Source: Basidiobolus ranarum
Lineage: Eukaryota
Length of the DNA stretch: 55,672 nucleotides
Assembly: GCA_040143965.1 (NCBI GenBank)
Contig: JASJQH010006887.1
Location: 1-55,672, forward strand
Reading direction: 5' to 3'
The first letter of the stretch is position 1. The number at the start of each line of letters is the position of its first letter. A program made the translations under genes and the position numbers. Below the pieces are notes generated by a model. That model was not told where the DNA came from, ran no database searches, and saw nothing but the letters and a program-made list of their open reading frames with translations. Positions 24,561 to 38,066 of this stretch are shown here, in pieces.

Positions 24561-26033
24561 ATGTTTAGTAAAGGTTTCTTTACCAGTGTGTTTGCTCTCG
24601 CAACATGTTTGTTATCTATTTCTGCGGAAGAAGAGAGTAAAGTTTACTTATCTTCCCATTCTTTAAACAAGCCGTATATTGGTAAAGTATTTCTAGCTCG
24701 TTGATTTTCGCGGTTTATGGTGAATTGTTGGGAAAAAGTTCTTCAAAATTAACCACAAGTTATTTCTATAGATGAGAAAATGCGTTCGAAAAACTTTGAG
24801 TTTGGAGGCGATACCGTTGTTCATACATTCAAAGGCATTGAGTTAACTGGAGATCTTACCAGTAGAGCTGGTTGGTTGTGGAGTAAACATGTTAGTTTTT
24901 CAGTTACAATATAGCCGGGTATCTTCTCCCATTTGTATACACTTGGGTTGACACTTTAGGGAATTTTCTAGGCTTTACCAACCATGTCATGGGAAGTTGA
25001 GTTTGAGTTTAAAGTGCACGGTGAGGGTAGAAGGATCTCTGGAGATGGTTTCGCTTTCTGGGCCACCACGAACGATCCTGAAACTGGTATGTATTGGTTT
25101 AAAATGATTTTCATGGTCGAGTGCTGTTATTAATCGCGGTTATTAGGGGATGTTTTTGGCAGTGTGAATAATTTCAACGGATTAGGGGTTTTCTTCGATA
25201 CTTATGCTAACTCCCAGCACGATGTAAGTGATCAGGGTCTAAGACTCACCACTGCAACTGCCAGCTAGAACTGATATCATTTGTATTGTAGCATTATTTC
25301 CCATATGTCAGTGCCATGATTGGTGATGGTAAAACTCCCTACAATGTTGAGAAGGATGGAGAACCCACTAAACTCGGTGGTTGCGAGGTAACATCCATAT
25401 ATCAGAAGAAGTACATTGATTTCCCTCAATAACTTGCATGTTAATTCGTCTGTAGGCCAATTTCCGTAATAGACAATTACCAACCAAGGCTTTGGTCAGA
25501 TACATTCAAAAGAAACATATCCAGGTAAGAAAGCTAGCGAAAAGACGGTCGAGGATAGTTTATAGTTTGTTGATGGATTTGTCCCAAATCTAGGTGAAGC
25601 TTTTACTCAACGAAGAAGGAACATGGGTCGATTGTATCTCACTTGACCATGTTTCTCTACCCAACATTGTTTACCTTGGCTTCAGTGCTCATACTGGGGA
25701 AGTTTCTGGTAGGATTTTTGAATGAATTCTTCAATTGACTTTCATTAACCCTTGCATCCCGTTTGTTCTCCTGATTAGATGCTCATGAAATCATTAGTAT
25801 TACATCCCATGGTCTCAGAAATATGGTAAGAGTGCGACACCAAAAACAAACGTTTGTTAGAGCTACTAGCTAATCACACATCTCAGACTGTCCCATCCAG
25901 CATGCCTCGCCCAAGACAAATCTCGGTTGATGAATCTTTCGGATATTTCTGGAAATTGATGGCTATTGTTGTTGTTGGTGGATTGATCTACCTCATCTAT
26001 CGCAAGAATCAACAAAATCATAAGCGTTTCTAG
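24561..26033 (+). CDS. L-type (legume-like) lectin cargo receptor, VIP36/LMAN2/Emp47 family, multi-exon (not in ORF track)
   Basis: Signal peptide MFSKGFFTSVFALATCLLSISA, then FEFGGDT, GWLWSK, WEVEFEFKVHG...SGDGFAFW, GLGVFFDTYAN and YLGFSAHTGEVS. A C-terminal TM helix is followed by a short tail ending KRF*. Confidence 0.9.
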
Positions 26034-26537
26034 ATCTTCCACTTACATTTCCCCTGTTTAAAATTAGATTTGTTGATCAGAAAAGCATCGATTTTGTTCC
26101 AGAAAACTGGCGATCTTGGCATAGAAAATTTTGACGATAATAAATATATCCACCACGTTCGGTCTAGATCGATCTTATCTAGTGAATGCGAATCAAGGAA
26201 TCAGTGCATCAATGGCGTGTATACTTCCTCCAACACATGTACAGTCGCAAGAGTGTGCTAATCATACAAAGCATTTAATAATTATGTACGGTTGAGCAAC
26301 ATAAAATCTCATTTACTAAAAAGGAGGGGATTTTTTTTTGGAAAACAGAAAAGTTCCGTTTCTCAATATGGATTATAAGGGAAGTGGAATAGAGAGGTTT
26401 CGAATGGGATTTCTAATCGACAGATAAATATGTGAAACCGATTAGTAACGAATAAAAGTAACGAGTGTATGAAGGTTATGAAGAAATAAAGCTATGTAAG
26501 CGTAATGTGTTGGATACGTGCGAATGAGGGAATTTAT

Positions 26538-29445
26538 CTAAACACCATATCTCTCCTGAAGCTTTTGTCTAATGGTAGGAGGGAACGTGGATACGTAGTT
26601 ATCCCAGTTAGCACCGATCATTTGTTTGAATCCAACAAAGATCTTCCCGAACATTTCATTTAACTCTTGGGAAGGTGTGTTCCAGTTGGTGGCGGCGTCA
26701 CAGAAGTAAACAAAACTCTTGGCAGCCCCATTAGGGTTGGCCTGGATCATCGCGCACGCACCTCGGAAAGCCGAGTCTTTCTCCGCATTATCACGAATGC
26801 CTCTCAATGCTTTGCACCAGCTCTCAAGGAACATCTCGAGGTGAGGAGCAAGCATTTCAGGACAGACAAGACCAAGACGACCGATGGCGATGGCTGCGTT
26901 CTCCAATAAGGTACGTGGGGTTTGCTCATTGTTAACAATGGGCAAAAGACGTTCCAGAAGTGGATTGACATAGCTTTGCATCTCGGCGCCACATTGAAGG
27001 GCAATTTCACCAGCAGCCCAGGCAGCGTTGTTGCATACACTGATGTGCTCTGATTGAGGGTCAATTTGGTTGATCAATTCAGGCATGAGTTGACCCAAGT
27101 GAGGTTTTAAGTGAGCGAAGCATGAGATGGCGAGATCACCAAGAAGAGCATAAGCAGATTGTCTAACTTCGGCTGAAGCATCTTGCATACAGACACCCAA
27201 CAAAGGAAGAAGAGGGGGGTTACTATTGGCAACGAGGCTTTCAACGCTAGTGTTCAACCCTTGGACCAGACCACTTAAGAGATCCAAAGCAACAATCATG
27301 AAATCCTTGTCGGGCAATTCCATTGTAGGGTTTTGGTGATACATTTGAGTTTGCACTAAGGTGTTGTTGACCAAATGGACACAACGTTGGTATACAGGTG
27401 GTGCGAATGGAGCGAATCCTACTTCCAAGGCAGCAGCAACTGAAGACAAACATTCGAGAAGTGGGAAAAGATCTCTATCATCATCTCCAACTGATTGCCA
27501 CTTCTCAATCAAAGGTGGCATCAACACGTCAATGTACTCCTTTTTGTTGAGCGCGCTACCAACCGAATCAGCAAGGGTACCGATAGCATCGTAGAGAATC
27601 AACAAATTCTTTTGTTGATATTTCTGGAAGGCAAAGATAAGATTGCGAAGAATAGGCTCCAGATAAGGAATAAGTTCTTCACAGGCCTCTTCCTCTAAAG
27701 TAGCAAAGGCACTGCAACCAGCTTCTTGGACACGTTTGTTATTGTCAAGAACCATACGAAGCAATCCTTCCAACAATGGCTCGAAGTATTTGGAACGATC
27801 TTCAGGTTGGGCAGGGAAAACACACCATCTGGCGTATCTACCCAAAGTCCAACAAGTAATGGATCTAACAAGGGGCTTAGGGTCGTTTAAGCTTTGAAGA
27901 AGGAATGGAACCAAATCAGGAAGATGGGGCTCGATACCAGACATACAGCCTTCGGCAATAGCTCCCAAAGCCAAAATACCGCATTCTTTATGCTTCCATT
28001 CAGCATGGAATAATTGGCTTTTAAGTAAAGGAAGAAGGGTATCCAACATCTCATTACCGTAAACGGTGGAAAGAACGTCTAAGGCAGCGGCTGAGCATTT
28101 ACGTAAGTTCCATTCGGAATAGATATCATCTTCATCCTCATCCCAGTCTTCGTCATCAGTTTCATCATCCTCATCCTCATCGCGGGTGGCAACAGGATTG
28201 GCAGGGTCGGTGTGCTCAAACTCATGAGTCTTAGCGCGATGATGGCGAGGTTTGATATCTTGCTCGTTATCAGGGACATTAGCATCATCTTCGTCACCAC
28301 CTAAAGCCATAATATCCATTTCACTGTAGACCATTCCCTTAAGCAAAACAGGAATGACTTTAGGAAGGTATGGGCGTAAATGCTCACGAAGTTCATCTTG
28401 CTCAGCAAAAGCAAGCCAGAACTCACAAGCCTCTAGAGAGACATTCTCATCGTCATCTTGAGTAGAGAACAACATATACTCGACAAGACTTGGCAATTCA
28501 GGGAGAAGTTTATCCGGGCGAGTCTCGAGAAGCATAACAAGAGCTTGGCAAACGTTCTTACGTACTTCAGGTGCGTGATCAGTGGCTCTCTTGAACAACG
28601 CAGCGACGAAAGCGTCAATATGAGCAAAGAGTGATTGGGAGCGCATCAAAATAAATTGATTAATACAAGAGAGAGCATACACACGGATCTTCAGCTCAGG
28701 TGCATCGAAATAGGTGATGATTTTAGGAATCATGTAGTCCAAAGGACGAGTTCCATTAATATCTTGATCGAGTTCACGAGAAGAATCTTCGCAGATCTTT
28801 TGAAGTGCACCGAAAGAGCCCTAAAAGATTGGCGTATAATCATGATTAACGGCAGGTAATACGCAACTTGAACATCATAACAGACTTACCTCTACAACAT
28901 TCTTATCAGGGTGGTCAAGGAGCTCCATTAATCTTTGAAGAACCTGAGGCCATGTGGAAAGACCACCGCGGGACACAATAGTCGTAATTACAGTACCAAT
29001 AGTACCTCTGACCATATGATCTGGGTCACCAATAGCTTGAAGGGAGAGTGCTTTGATATATTCCAGAACTTGGGGGGCAATGTCCATGAAATGAATGCGC
29101 ACATTATTCTTTAGTAAAAGACCAGCAATAGCACGAATGGAAGCTTCCTCTTGGGGCATTTGGGTCAAAATGTAAATAAGATAGTTATTATAGTCTGGAA
29201 TTTTGTTAAAAGAGTCCAGTTTCTACATAAGAACAAAGAAAATAAATTTAGAATAAGAATAAACAAAATGTACAGTTAGACAGAAAAGGATGATGGCTCT
29301 GCCTGATGATATATAGAGCAAAGATGAGTATGACAATGAGGTTTACCTGTTGCACCATAGTCTGAACCTCATTATTAGAAGAGATAGAATCTCTTAGAAG
29401 CTGCAAGAGCTGAATGAGATCTTCCTGTCGAGGAGTCCAGTTCAT
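26538..29445 (-). CDS. KAP104: Transportin-1 / karyopherin beta-2, 3 coding exons; probable 5'UTR intron 29580-29454
   Basis: Reads MNWTP..., [19 protein letters not shown], the acidic H8 loop DQDIKPR...[18 protein letters not shown] and [19 protein letters not shown], ending LQERYGV. Confidence 0.95.
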
Positions 29446-29703
29446 CTTTATTTCTATATAAAACCCACTAAAATATAAGTTAACCAGTGACTACATCGTA
29501 GAGACAGAATAGTAGTCCAAACGACATTGGGAGGGGCGTAAATGTCGCAATGTGTTTGTTTGTAAAGGAAGAATACTTACAATAGAGGAAAATAGAAAAA
29601 TGAAAAAAAATGACAAGACGGTCAATAGATAAACAATATACACTAATGACCTTGAGGTTGGTCAGGCTGAAAATTTAGTGGCCTTACGTTGTTTAGTGTA
29701 ATC

Positions 29704-29718
29704 TCGGGGTCACCCCGA
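29704..29718. promoter_or_regulatory. Perfect GC-rich palindrome TCGGGGT-C-ACCCCGA upstream of KAP104
   Basis: 7-bp inverted arms with a 1-nt spacer in AT-rich upstream DNA. Function is inferred only. Confidence 0.4.
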
Positions 29719-30241
29719 ATTTTTCAATGATTCTACATATCTGTTATTCTTTTTTTCTCTAAAAAAAAGAAAAAGTCGAACTTGTAATAGAAATTCTCGA
29801 AAACACACCAAACACTCGGAATCCTCCAAATCCCAAAATTAAATACCTATATTTATGTTGAAACGTCAGAGGGTATGCTGGAATGTGGATTAGGACGTAG
29901 GTTGGATGCAAAGTAATCAGCTTATAATCGTCGACAATTGGTTCATTTTAGCCAATACTCCACTCCACAGCCTCATCCCTAATTCAAAACCGATTCTTAA
30001 ACAGGAACTTAACCGGAGATTCGGTTGATGTCGCTGCTATTGCGGCATTATGTTGGAATAGTTTGGAGATAGAGGCATAGATCACAGTAATGGAGGGGAA
30101 TAGTTTGGAGGGGAAGGGTTAGAGAGATGAAATACGGTAATGGAGTGGAAGTAATGTAAAATAGGATGTTTATTCAATGGGATAATGAAATATTAAGATG
30201 TTATATTTCAATATGTGCAAATGCATAAAGGTTGGATGTAC

Positions 30242-30843
30242 TTATTCGAAAACCGGCTCTCCTTTCAAGGGAATTTTGCCTCGCTCGGTAGTAAGCGAGA
30301 AATCTAAAACTTCCCAGTCATCGCCACGTCTTCTTGAGGCAAAGTGAGCACGACCCGTGTCTAGATTCAAAGGATAGCTTAGAAATGACATAGATAGGAA
30401 AGATGTTATAACATAAAGAGCATACCTTTATCTCCTTTGATCCAAAAGGACACATTTACTCTTCCCTTAAGGTGATTTACATCACCACTAATCCAAGCCC
30501 AGTTATCACGGAACTTGATATTATTTCCAAGAATCTCTTGCACATCAGGGTCATGGCGTAGAGTGAACAAAGTACTATCCACAACACTGGTATGTAACCT
30601 GTGATGGTTGAATGCCAAGGCAGTACCAACCACCCAAAGTGACAAACCAAGGACACCAAAAGTCACATTTCTAGATGTTTTTGAGACTGGTTCTGGAAGT
30701 TCACGCTCAATGGCCAAAGGAATCTTTTTGGCTCCTGGTGACTTGGAAACCACAGTAGTCTCAAAGCGACGAAGAACTTGGTTAGAGGAGCACCCTCTCA
30801 GGCCGAAGGGGCGGCATTTACTCATGATACGGAGAGAATTCAT
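30242..30843 (-). CDS. COA1: Cytochrome c oxidase assembly factor Coa1 family, 2 exons
   Basis: Presequence-like N-terminus, ERELP, a single TM segment, then SVVDSTLFTLRHDPDVQEILG, WISGDVNHLKGRVNVSFWIKG and GRAHFASRR. Confidence 0.8.
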
Positions 30844-31869
30844 TGTGTGTTTATTCAGTTATGACTCGGGCTATAGAAAGACTGGTAGTGTTGAAAGGAT
30901 AAATTTATTGACCTTTTGTTTTTATGTTTCCAGTCTAGGCTTATTCTTGGGTTATTGGAAGAAGGCTATTTGTCCAAGATAATTACACTACAAATTCAAT
31001 AATGGTGCCAAAGGGAGCCAAATTTTTCATACTAAACGCGACTTATCGTCATCACATGAATGAATTATTTGGATTAAATTGATGATTAAATAGACGCACA
31101 TGAAGATATTGTTTGATTAAGCTGATGATTAAAGATGACATAAATAAAGAGGTTGAGCCTCCTCGTAAAAGGATGCCCATATCCGTTTCCGGCATTCATC
31201 TGACCTGACGAGTGGGCAAGTCCAGCGAATGCACGAAAACGAGTTCACAGTGTTGATACTGTTCAACAAAATCTAAAAAGTAGGATAGAGATGAGAAAAG
31301 TGGGTAGTCTTTAATCACCTACAATATACTTTTAGAGTACAAGGTAATCCACTAGTACTCCAAGAGTATTTATATTGTGTGACCTGAGGTCCCGAATATT
31401 CTGCATGCTTTGCAATATCCAATCATTTAAAGTCGATGATTAACAAGTCAAATTCGATCACTCTAGAAAATATACCCAGTGTAAAAAAAATCATAAATTA
31501 TCTGATTTCTAGAGGCCAGAAGGTTCGCGTTTCAACCTAGAGCAACTGGTTTAAAAATCAGATAAGTTAATGATAAGATTTGTATAGAAGATATCTGATT
31601 TGATTGAATGACTGGATTTAATAATGTAATTTTGCAAATATGTGGATTATATGTGTAACTCGAACAATAATGGGGTGATATGGAGGGTTTCAAGGGGTTG
31701 AGCGAGTGGAGAATGTGAAGTCTTGTAAAGAACTAATGTACAATGTGATGGAAGTTCATAGAGATAGTCAGGGTGTGATTCGGACTTTACAAACAACCAA
31801 GGGTGCATCTATTCTCACTCCATACTAATGGAAATATATAACAAGGTTTCGAAATATGAATGTGTTGGC

Positions 31870-32819
31870 TTAATGATTGATGATGACTTGCTTGTTGGGT
31901 GACCAGTCCTGAATGGCCTTTTTAATGTTGACCCAGTATCGAAGTTGAATAGTCAATAGTTTCGCTTTCTCAATGTCATTTTCTTTGAAAACATGGGATA
32001 GTTGCTGGATTGTATGTTTCATTCTAGAATCATTTGCTAGCTTAACTTGTTCAACGTCAGCGTCAGTCTGTGCGTCCTCAAGTTCTTCGCGAGCTTCCAA
32101 TACCTCCATTAATAATTCTGGATCATCTAGGGAATCAGATTCATCGGCTTGGAGTCCACGTAGTTCAAGCTAAAATAGACAAATTAGAAAAACTTGATAT
32201 TAAAAAAAATAGAGAAAAAGACATACCAAGTATTGCGCACGATGAAGGGGATCCCGAAGAGTATGGTAGGCCTTATTCAACCAGGCAGATTGTACTTGCG
32301 CACATTGTAACTCTTCCTATGGATTCAGTTAGTAAGTTTCCTATATATGAAAAAATCAAAATACTGAAATAACAAACCTGAGGTTTACGAGTATAGCTAT
32401 CAGGGTGAACTTGTTGCTGAAGACTCAAGTATTTTTTCTTCAAGTCAAGAATATTCACATCGAAGGTTTCTTGTCTATAATTCGGATTATTAGTTTTCAG
32501 TAGTTTGAATAAAGAATTTTTCGAATACTCACCCTAGCAGAACTTCAAAAAAGGTAACCGACGTGGGGACTGGTTGAATAGTTTTACATGTAGAGTTGTG
32601 ACAGAAAACTTCACTGCTTTTTAAATCCTCATGACACCGCCAACAACTTTTCCCACTTTCGTGATGATGTTGAGTAGGAGTGTAAATAGAGAAAGATCTT
32701 CCCAAACGATTATATATTGCAGTAGGATTGGGCAAGATCGGTCTAGCTTGGAAATGCATAGTGCTTCGAGATAGTAAACTAGGTCTTATAGCCCGCAAAT
32801 ATCTGAGAGTTAACGACAT
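31870..32819 (-). CDS. JAC1: Fe-S cluster J-domain co-chaperone HscB/Jac1, multi-exon
   Basis: Presequence, CWRC...FCHNSTC module, LQQQVHPD J-domain motif, SAWLNKAYHTLRDP, ELLMEVLEAREEL and LRYWVNI. Confidence 0.92.
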
Positions 32820-33119
32820 GATAGAAAAAGTAATTGGTAATGGAGATAAATGCAAAGGTAAGAGACAGGTGAGCAACTTGTATTTATGAACAAAATCCTG
32901 GGGTTGATTTGTGAGTCAAAAAAATCAGATAGTAGAATTCAGCCATCATGTGCTGTCTAAAAATGGACTAATATGTAATCAACGATGAGAACATAGCACC
33001 CCAATACAAATCCGGATTGGGTGGAAATACGATGCTCCCTTGATGAAGCACCCTTTGAATCCACTGCATGCAAGTATATTCATTAACACCTGACTGCGGT
33101 GTGAAGTGTATTTGTCAGT

Positions 33120-33183
33120 GTGTTGTATATTGGTAAGTGTAGTATATGGGTGAGTGTAGTATATGGGTAAGTGTAGTATATAG
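33120..33183. repeat. 17-bp tandem minisatellite, about 3.7 copies (GTGTAGTATATGGGTRA)
   Basis: Units start at 33120, 33137, 33154 and 33171. Confidence 0.85.
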
Positions 33184-33346
33184 TTGCCTGGTCTGGTGTA
33201 TACAGGAACTCAATGTTATAACATGCGGCCTGCTATCCTATATCAGATCATTTGATAAAGTAAAAAGATAGGATCTGATAATACAGACTGTGAATAGGTT
33301 GGTGGATGCACTAATTTGGTTGTTTATTGCTAAGAATCTCAACAAA

Positions 33347-35379
33347 TCAAGCGTATTTTCTGACAAATCCATCTTTCGCTCCAGTGAAGAGTCGCCCAGA
33401 AGAGAGTTTACATATACCACGGATTGAATCCAAATCCGATCCAGCATATTCAATTGCTGCGTGAATTTGTTCGTACGAAGAAATATCATATTGGGAGCAC
33501 ATACCATCCGCTAGAAAGGTAAAGGTTAGCATAAGGATACTCGTGATTGTTCAGGGTTAGGGTTACCTGTGCCGACAAGTAAACCAGGCTTATCTCCATC
33601 ATCTATGAAATCCAACACTTCTATGCTGGCATCATTACGTCGAAACATGGCGGCTTGTTGTCTAAAAATTGCAAGACGTAAGGATTCAATGGCTTCGTGA
33701 TTCATCTACGTATATTACATACTTTGTATTTCTCAAGTCAAATATCTCAACTATACCGTTGGCTGTGCCCAAAGCCAAAAGATTTTTGGAAGAGCACAGC
33801 GCTGTGGATTTCACAGGGGCATGACCATGCGAGTAAACCTTGAAGATCTGAAAATCAACCAGGTATTGTTAACACAAAGGTAACAAAATCATTCACATCT
33901 TATTGATCCTACCTCATCTTTGGATCCCAGGTCAACACCTCGAACAGACCCACTTTGAAGTGCTAGCGCAAGTAGCTTATCAACAGTCTCGACTTCTCTA
34001 GGGTCTATTAAAAGGTCAGAATGTATATCTACCATCTATATCTACCATCGCAAACTCAAATTTTACATTACCGAGCGTAGGCTGTTCGCATTTTTTTTGG
34101 AAAGATAGTGGAGGTACCGTGTCCAGAGCAATCTGATGTACGGGGTCTGAATGTTGGGCTAGAGTGCGAATCAGGGAAGAAGAACCTAGTAATTTCACGA
34201 GAAAATTCATGTTAGTCAACAGCCAAATAAGGGCCGACAGGTGAGTTGTACACATACCACACTCCCAGAGTTTAACGGTTCCATCCTTCGAGCAGGCTAA
34301 ATATGAGCTGTCAATCAGACTGGAAACTACGAGCAAAAATGACCAATCAACTTACAAACTACATTTCTTCCTTTGGCAATGATTGCGGTATCCAGGATAG
34401 CTGTACGAAAGAACAAGGAATGAGCAGAATTAGTTGATGTGCTACCAATTCAGACAAGAATAAAACGTACCTGACGTATGTCCCAAGAGGGTAACTGGAT
34501 TACTTCCGTCAGCTACGGACCAAATCTTTAGGCGAAAATCGGTAGCTCCACTTAAGACAACTGAAGTTTAAAGCCAAATAAATACGATGCTATATATAGT
34601 ATTAGCACATGTTATCAATATTTTACCTTGACCAGAGGGGAAGAATTCGCAAGTGGTAATATCTCCAACATGTCCTTCAAGTTTCCTCTAAAAAGTGCTT
34701 TAGTAAGTGATTCCATTTCCCACAAAATCTATACAACACTACATACAAGGATGGCTCCATTGTTGGCGTCACATACGGCCATATATCCATTGTCACTTCC
34801 AACAACATAAAGCTCCTCTCCCGGGGATACGTCAAATGCGTTAATCTTTAGGATGTATCACTTTAGTATCAGTTCTGCTTACAACGTAGAATATCACCAA
34901 CAACATACCGGAAGCTTGTTCTCTAGTTTATAAGCGCCAACTGGACTTTTGACTGAAAGTTTTGAAAGTCCTAACTGTTTACACTCAGTAGTGAAGGATA
35001 ACTTAAATATATTCATGAGTTTCGCTTCGTTAAAAAATTCACCTATTAACATAGTATCTTTTTACCTCGGAAAGTTGCTCAAAACTGGCTCCATCAGTAG
35101 GCTCAATGGATACCCCATCCGCAGCTGAGGCTACTCTGACCGAGCCGTGTACCGATTTTTCACCTAACAGGGTTTATTACATTCTATTAGTTTCAAATGT
35201 CTTACGAAAAGTTGAGTGTAAATCAAGTAATTTTGAGAATATATACCACTACGATAATATGACATCCAAAAAACTTCAGCCGGTGCACCTTTACCGACGT
35301 CCTTGACTACTTCGACCCAGTCAGGTTGAACAGTAACATAGGGTAAGATGGTTGGGTTTTTTTTTGAATTAGTCTCCAT
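33347..35379 (-). CDS. RPN14: WD40 proteasome assembly chaperone Rpn14/PAAF1, many small exons
   Basis: N-terminus VTVQPDW...EVFWMSYYR, WD repeats (GHVGDITTCEFFPSGQV, LSGATDFRLKIWS, GHTS...ILDTAIIAKGRNV, SKDGTVKLWECG) and ending TGAKDGFVRKY resemble PAAF1/Rpn14. Confidence 0.8.
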
Positions 35380-36010
35380 TGCTTATATATATCGATATGA
35401 ATACAAAAGAGCTACTACACTCTTGTGACTTAGTTATATTTTTGAAAGTTATTACGTCAACAATCATAGCTATATTCTGAATAAAAATAATTGATCTTTA
35501 AATCAAAGCTATTTTCAGATGGTCGATTTATTGTTAGCTGGTTCAGGTGCTGATTTATTACTCTTCATGTGCCGTGTTGTTAGCAAACAAAAACACCTCA
35601 CCTGAAATCTCCAGCAGGGATGAAAACTCACCTTCTGGTTGAAGATAGATTTCAAAGGAATTTGTTAGTGAATCAAGGAGTATGTGCAAAAACAGTTTAC
35701 TTTTCATGGATGGGGTAGACTATTAGTTATGGAACAATCGGAAGAAAACCAGATGTCACTTAAATGGGAGGTGGGAGTATAAGGGAAAAGTTGTTTTCTG
35801 TTGTGTGCAGTTTCATCGATTTACAAATCAAAAAGTAGAGAGGAACTGAGAAATATATCAAAGGTATCACAACAGGCTTTGAAGAAGAGAGAAGTTGGTG
35901 AAAAATTAGTGATCAAGTGTTTAGCAATCAATTGGTCGCATTCGAAAATGGGGGAAGTGGCGAGGATTTCATGGAGGTAATGAGATATTTCCTAATGATA
36001 GAGAGAAGCT

Positions 36011-38066
36011 TTAAAACCCAAATGGATTGTTGTTGCTACTGTTGTTGTTATTGAATCCACTGCCATATGGCTGTTGTTGCTGCTGCTGTTGTTGATATTG
36101 TTGCTGGTAAGGCTGGTAACCGTTAGGGTTAGGTTGACTCACAAATGGTGACGATTGCTGCTGTTGCTGTTGTCTCATTATATCATTCAGAGATGGTTTC
36201 GTTCCAGATGACCAAGTGTTACTTCCAGAAGGGGCAAAGGGATTCTTGCTAGCGGTGTTACCAAAATTAGCGGTAGGTGCTGAATCACCAGGTCCAAGAT
36301 CAATTAATGTGTTGTTGGATGAAGGATGCTGAGCTCCACCATAAGGAGTCTGTGAAAAAAAGCAACTTAGCAAGGCATTTGAATGATCAAGTAATAATCA
36401 GATTCTTACACTCGAGCCAAAACCTCCAACAGAGCCGAAAGGATCATGGTTACTCATGGCAGGTGCGGGCTGTTGGTAGAAAGGATTGGGGCTTTGTTGT
36501 GATGGTTGTTGATTGTATCCAAGGCTTGGAGAAGACGTACCAAATGTTGACCTATATACAAATAGGTTAGTCAAACAGTTCTTAATTCAAATACAAGTGG
36601 AGTAACACGTACATGTTATTCCCATACATGCTGGATTGAGTTTGTGTAAAGGATGTTTGAGATTGGAATCCAGAGTTATTGAACGATTGATTAGGATTCT
36701 GTGGCATTCCAAAGGGATTGTTGGAGCTGCTGATTGTTGATTGAGCTTGATATCCACTAGCATTGTACGAGTTGTACCCATTGTTGTTGTGACCTTGAAG
36801 AGGATCGAAAGGATCAAACGAATTACCATTTGGATTTGGCTGGTTAATCACGTTGCCAAACATATCATACTGCTGTGGTTGTTGATAAAGATTTCTATAG
36901 ATGCGCATATATTAGTGAGAAGTTGGAATGCTTTGGAAGAAAGTGAACTGTACTTACGCTCCATTTGGAGTTCCTGGAATGTCATTCAACAAGACAAGTT
37001 CATTGGTTTCTGATACCTTGTTACTTTGGCTTACTGCCTCCTTCTTACTCAATTCGATTGCTTTTTGAATGTCATCATCACTATAAAAAAGTACATTAAG
37101 ATGTGGAATTCAAGAGTATAGCTCCAACATGCAAATCATTTACCTAGTATTCAGTCTTTTGTCGTATTCAGCTGCAGATCTTTTACTTTCCTCGATAGCA
37201 CGTTGCAATTCCCGATCTTCATCATTTGGTGCATATTCATCCGGATCAAAGTTGGAACCTCTTGGGGGATAAGTATTATACCTAGATAAGTCGCTATTTG
37301 ACCCACCACCCATGCGATTTTGCATAGTGGAGCGATTATTTCTCTCTTCCTTCAAGCGGCTCTCATCCGATAATAAAGAGGTGATATCCTTAGCTTTCTG
37401 GCGAACTAACCCCGGGAGGATAATACGTTAATAATGCTTCTCATCAAAATATAGACTGAGTACATGATGAACCATACCATTAGCTCCTTGATCCTTTCCT
37501 TGTTCATCAATGAACTGAAACTCTTTCAAAGTTTTAACTATGTAAAAATTATCCTTGGCGTAGGCGACTACATTTTGTGAACCAGAATGAAGGCAATAAT
37601 CAAGTAAAGTTAAAGCCTAAAAAATTGTTAGATATGTAACTATTTATATGACATAGCAGATCACTGTTATATTAACCTTGAATACGTGACGCCAATTCTT
37701 TCCCTTGTCATTTAAGCGTCTATCGATCATATCCATAATCTCTTGGAAGTAGTGACTAGATTATGTTTAATATTAATGAATAAGCTTACGTTGACCTAGA
37801 TATTGAATCTAGCAGAGCTGGGGTATAGGTATTTTGTAACACTACTTACGGATCAAAAGTGGCTCGGGCGATCTCACTCATCTGACTGCCGGATGGACCC
37901 CATGGATCGTTAGAGGTAGCTTCACGAACTTTAGCTTGGATTTCGGAATAACCCCGAGTCATATTTTTACTGTGTGAAATAACGTTAATAATAAGTCAAA
38001 GTAGAGGTAGTAATTTCCGAAAGCATACACTGTGCGCAGAGCGCCTTTTGCCATATACTTTGACAT
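36011..38066 (-). CDS. Epsin (ENTH domain, UIMs, DPF/NPF motifs), multi-exon
   Basis: Contains RTVKNMTRGYSEIQAKVREATSNDPWGPSG, DKGKNWRHVFK, KTLKEFQFIDEQGKDQG and UIM DEDRELQRAIEESK, with several NPF motifs and a NNPFGF* terminus. Confidence 0.93.

Noticed and set aside
29640-29760. Resemblance to U12 snRNA (ATTCGGGGTGACCCCGA hairpin, AATTTT, CCTCAAGGT on the minus strand)
   Set aside because: The branch-point-pairing 5' region (UGAGUAAGGAAA) and the 3' stem-loop are missing and the Sm site is imperfect. Better explained as promoter palindromes.
31079-31510. TGATGA...CTGA pairs suggesting C/D snoRNAs (also near 24124-24248)
   Set aside because: No terminal stems or recognisable rRNA-complementary guides, and such boxes are common in AT-rich DNA.
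33505-33570. GTATCCTT (U12-type donor) and two TTAGGG-like units inside the last RPN14 intron
   Set aside because: The GTATCCTT is internal to an ordinary U2 intron with a GCTAAC branch point, and two telomere-like units are within chance.
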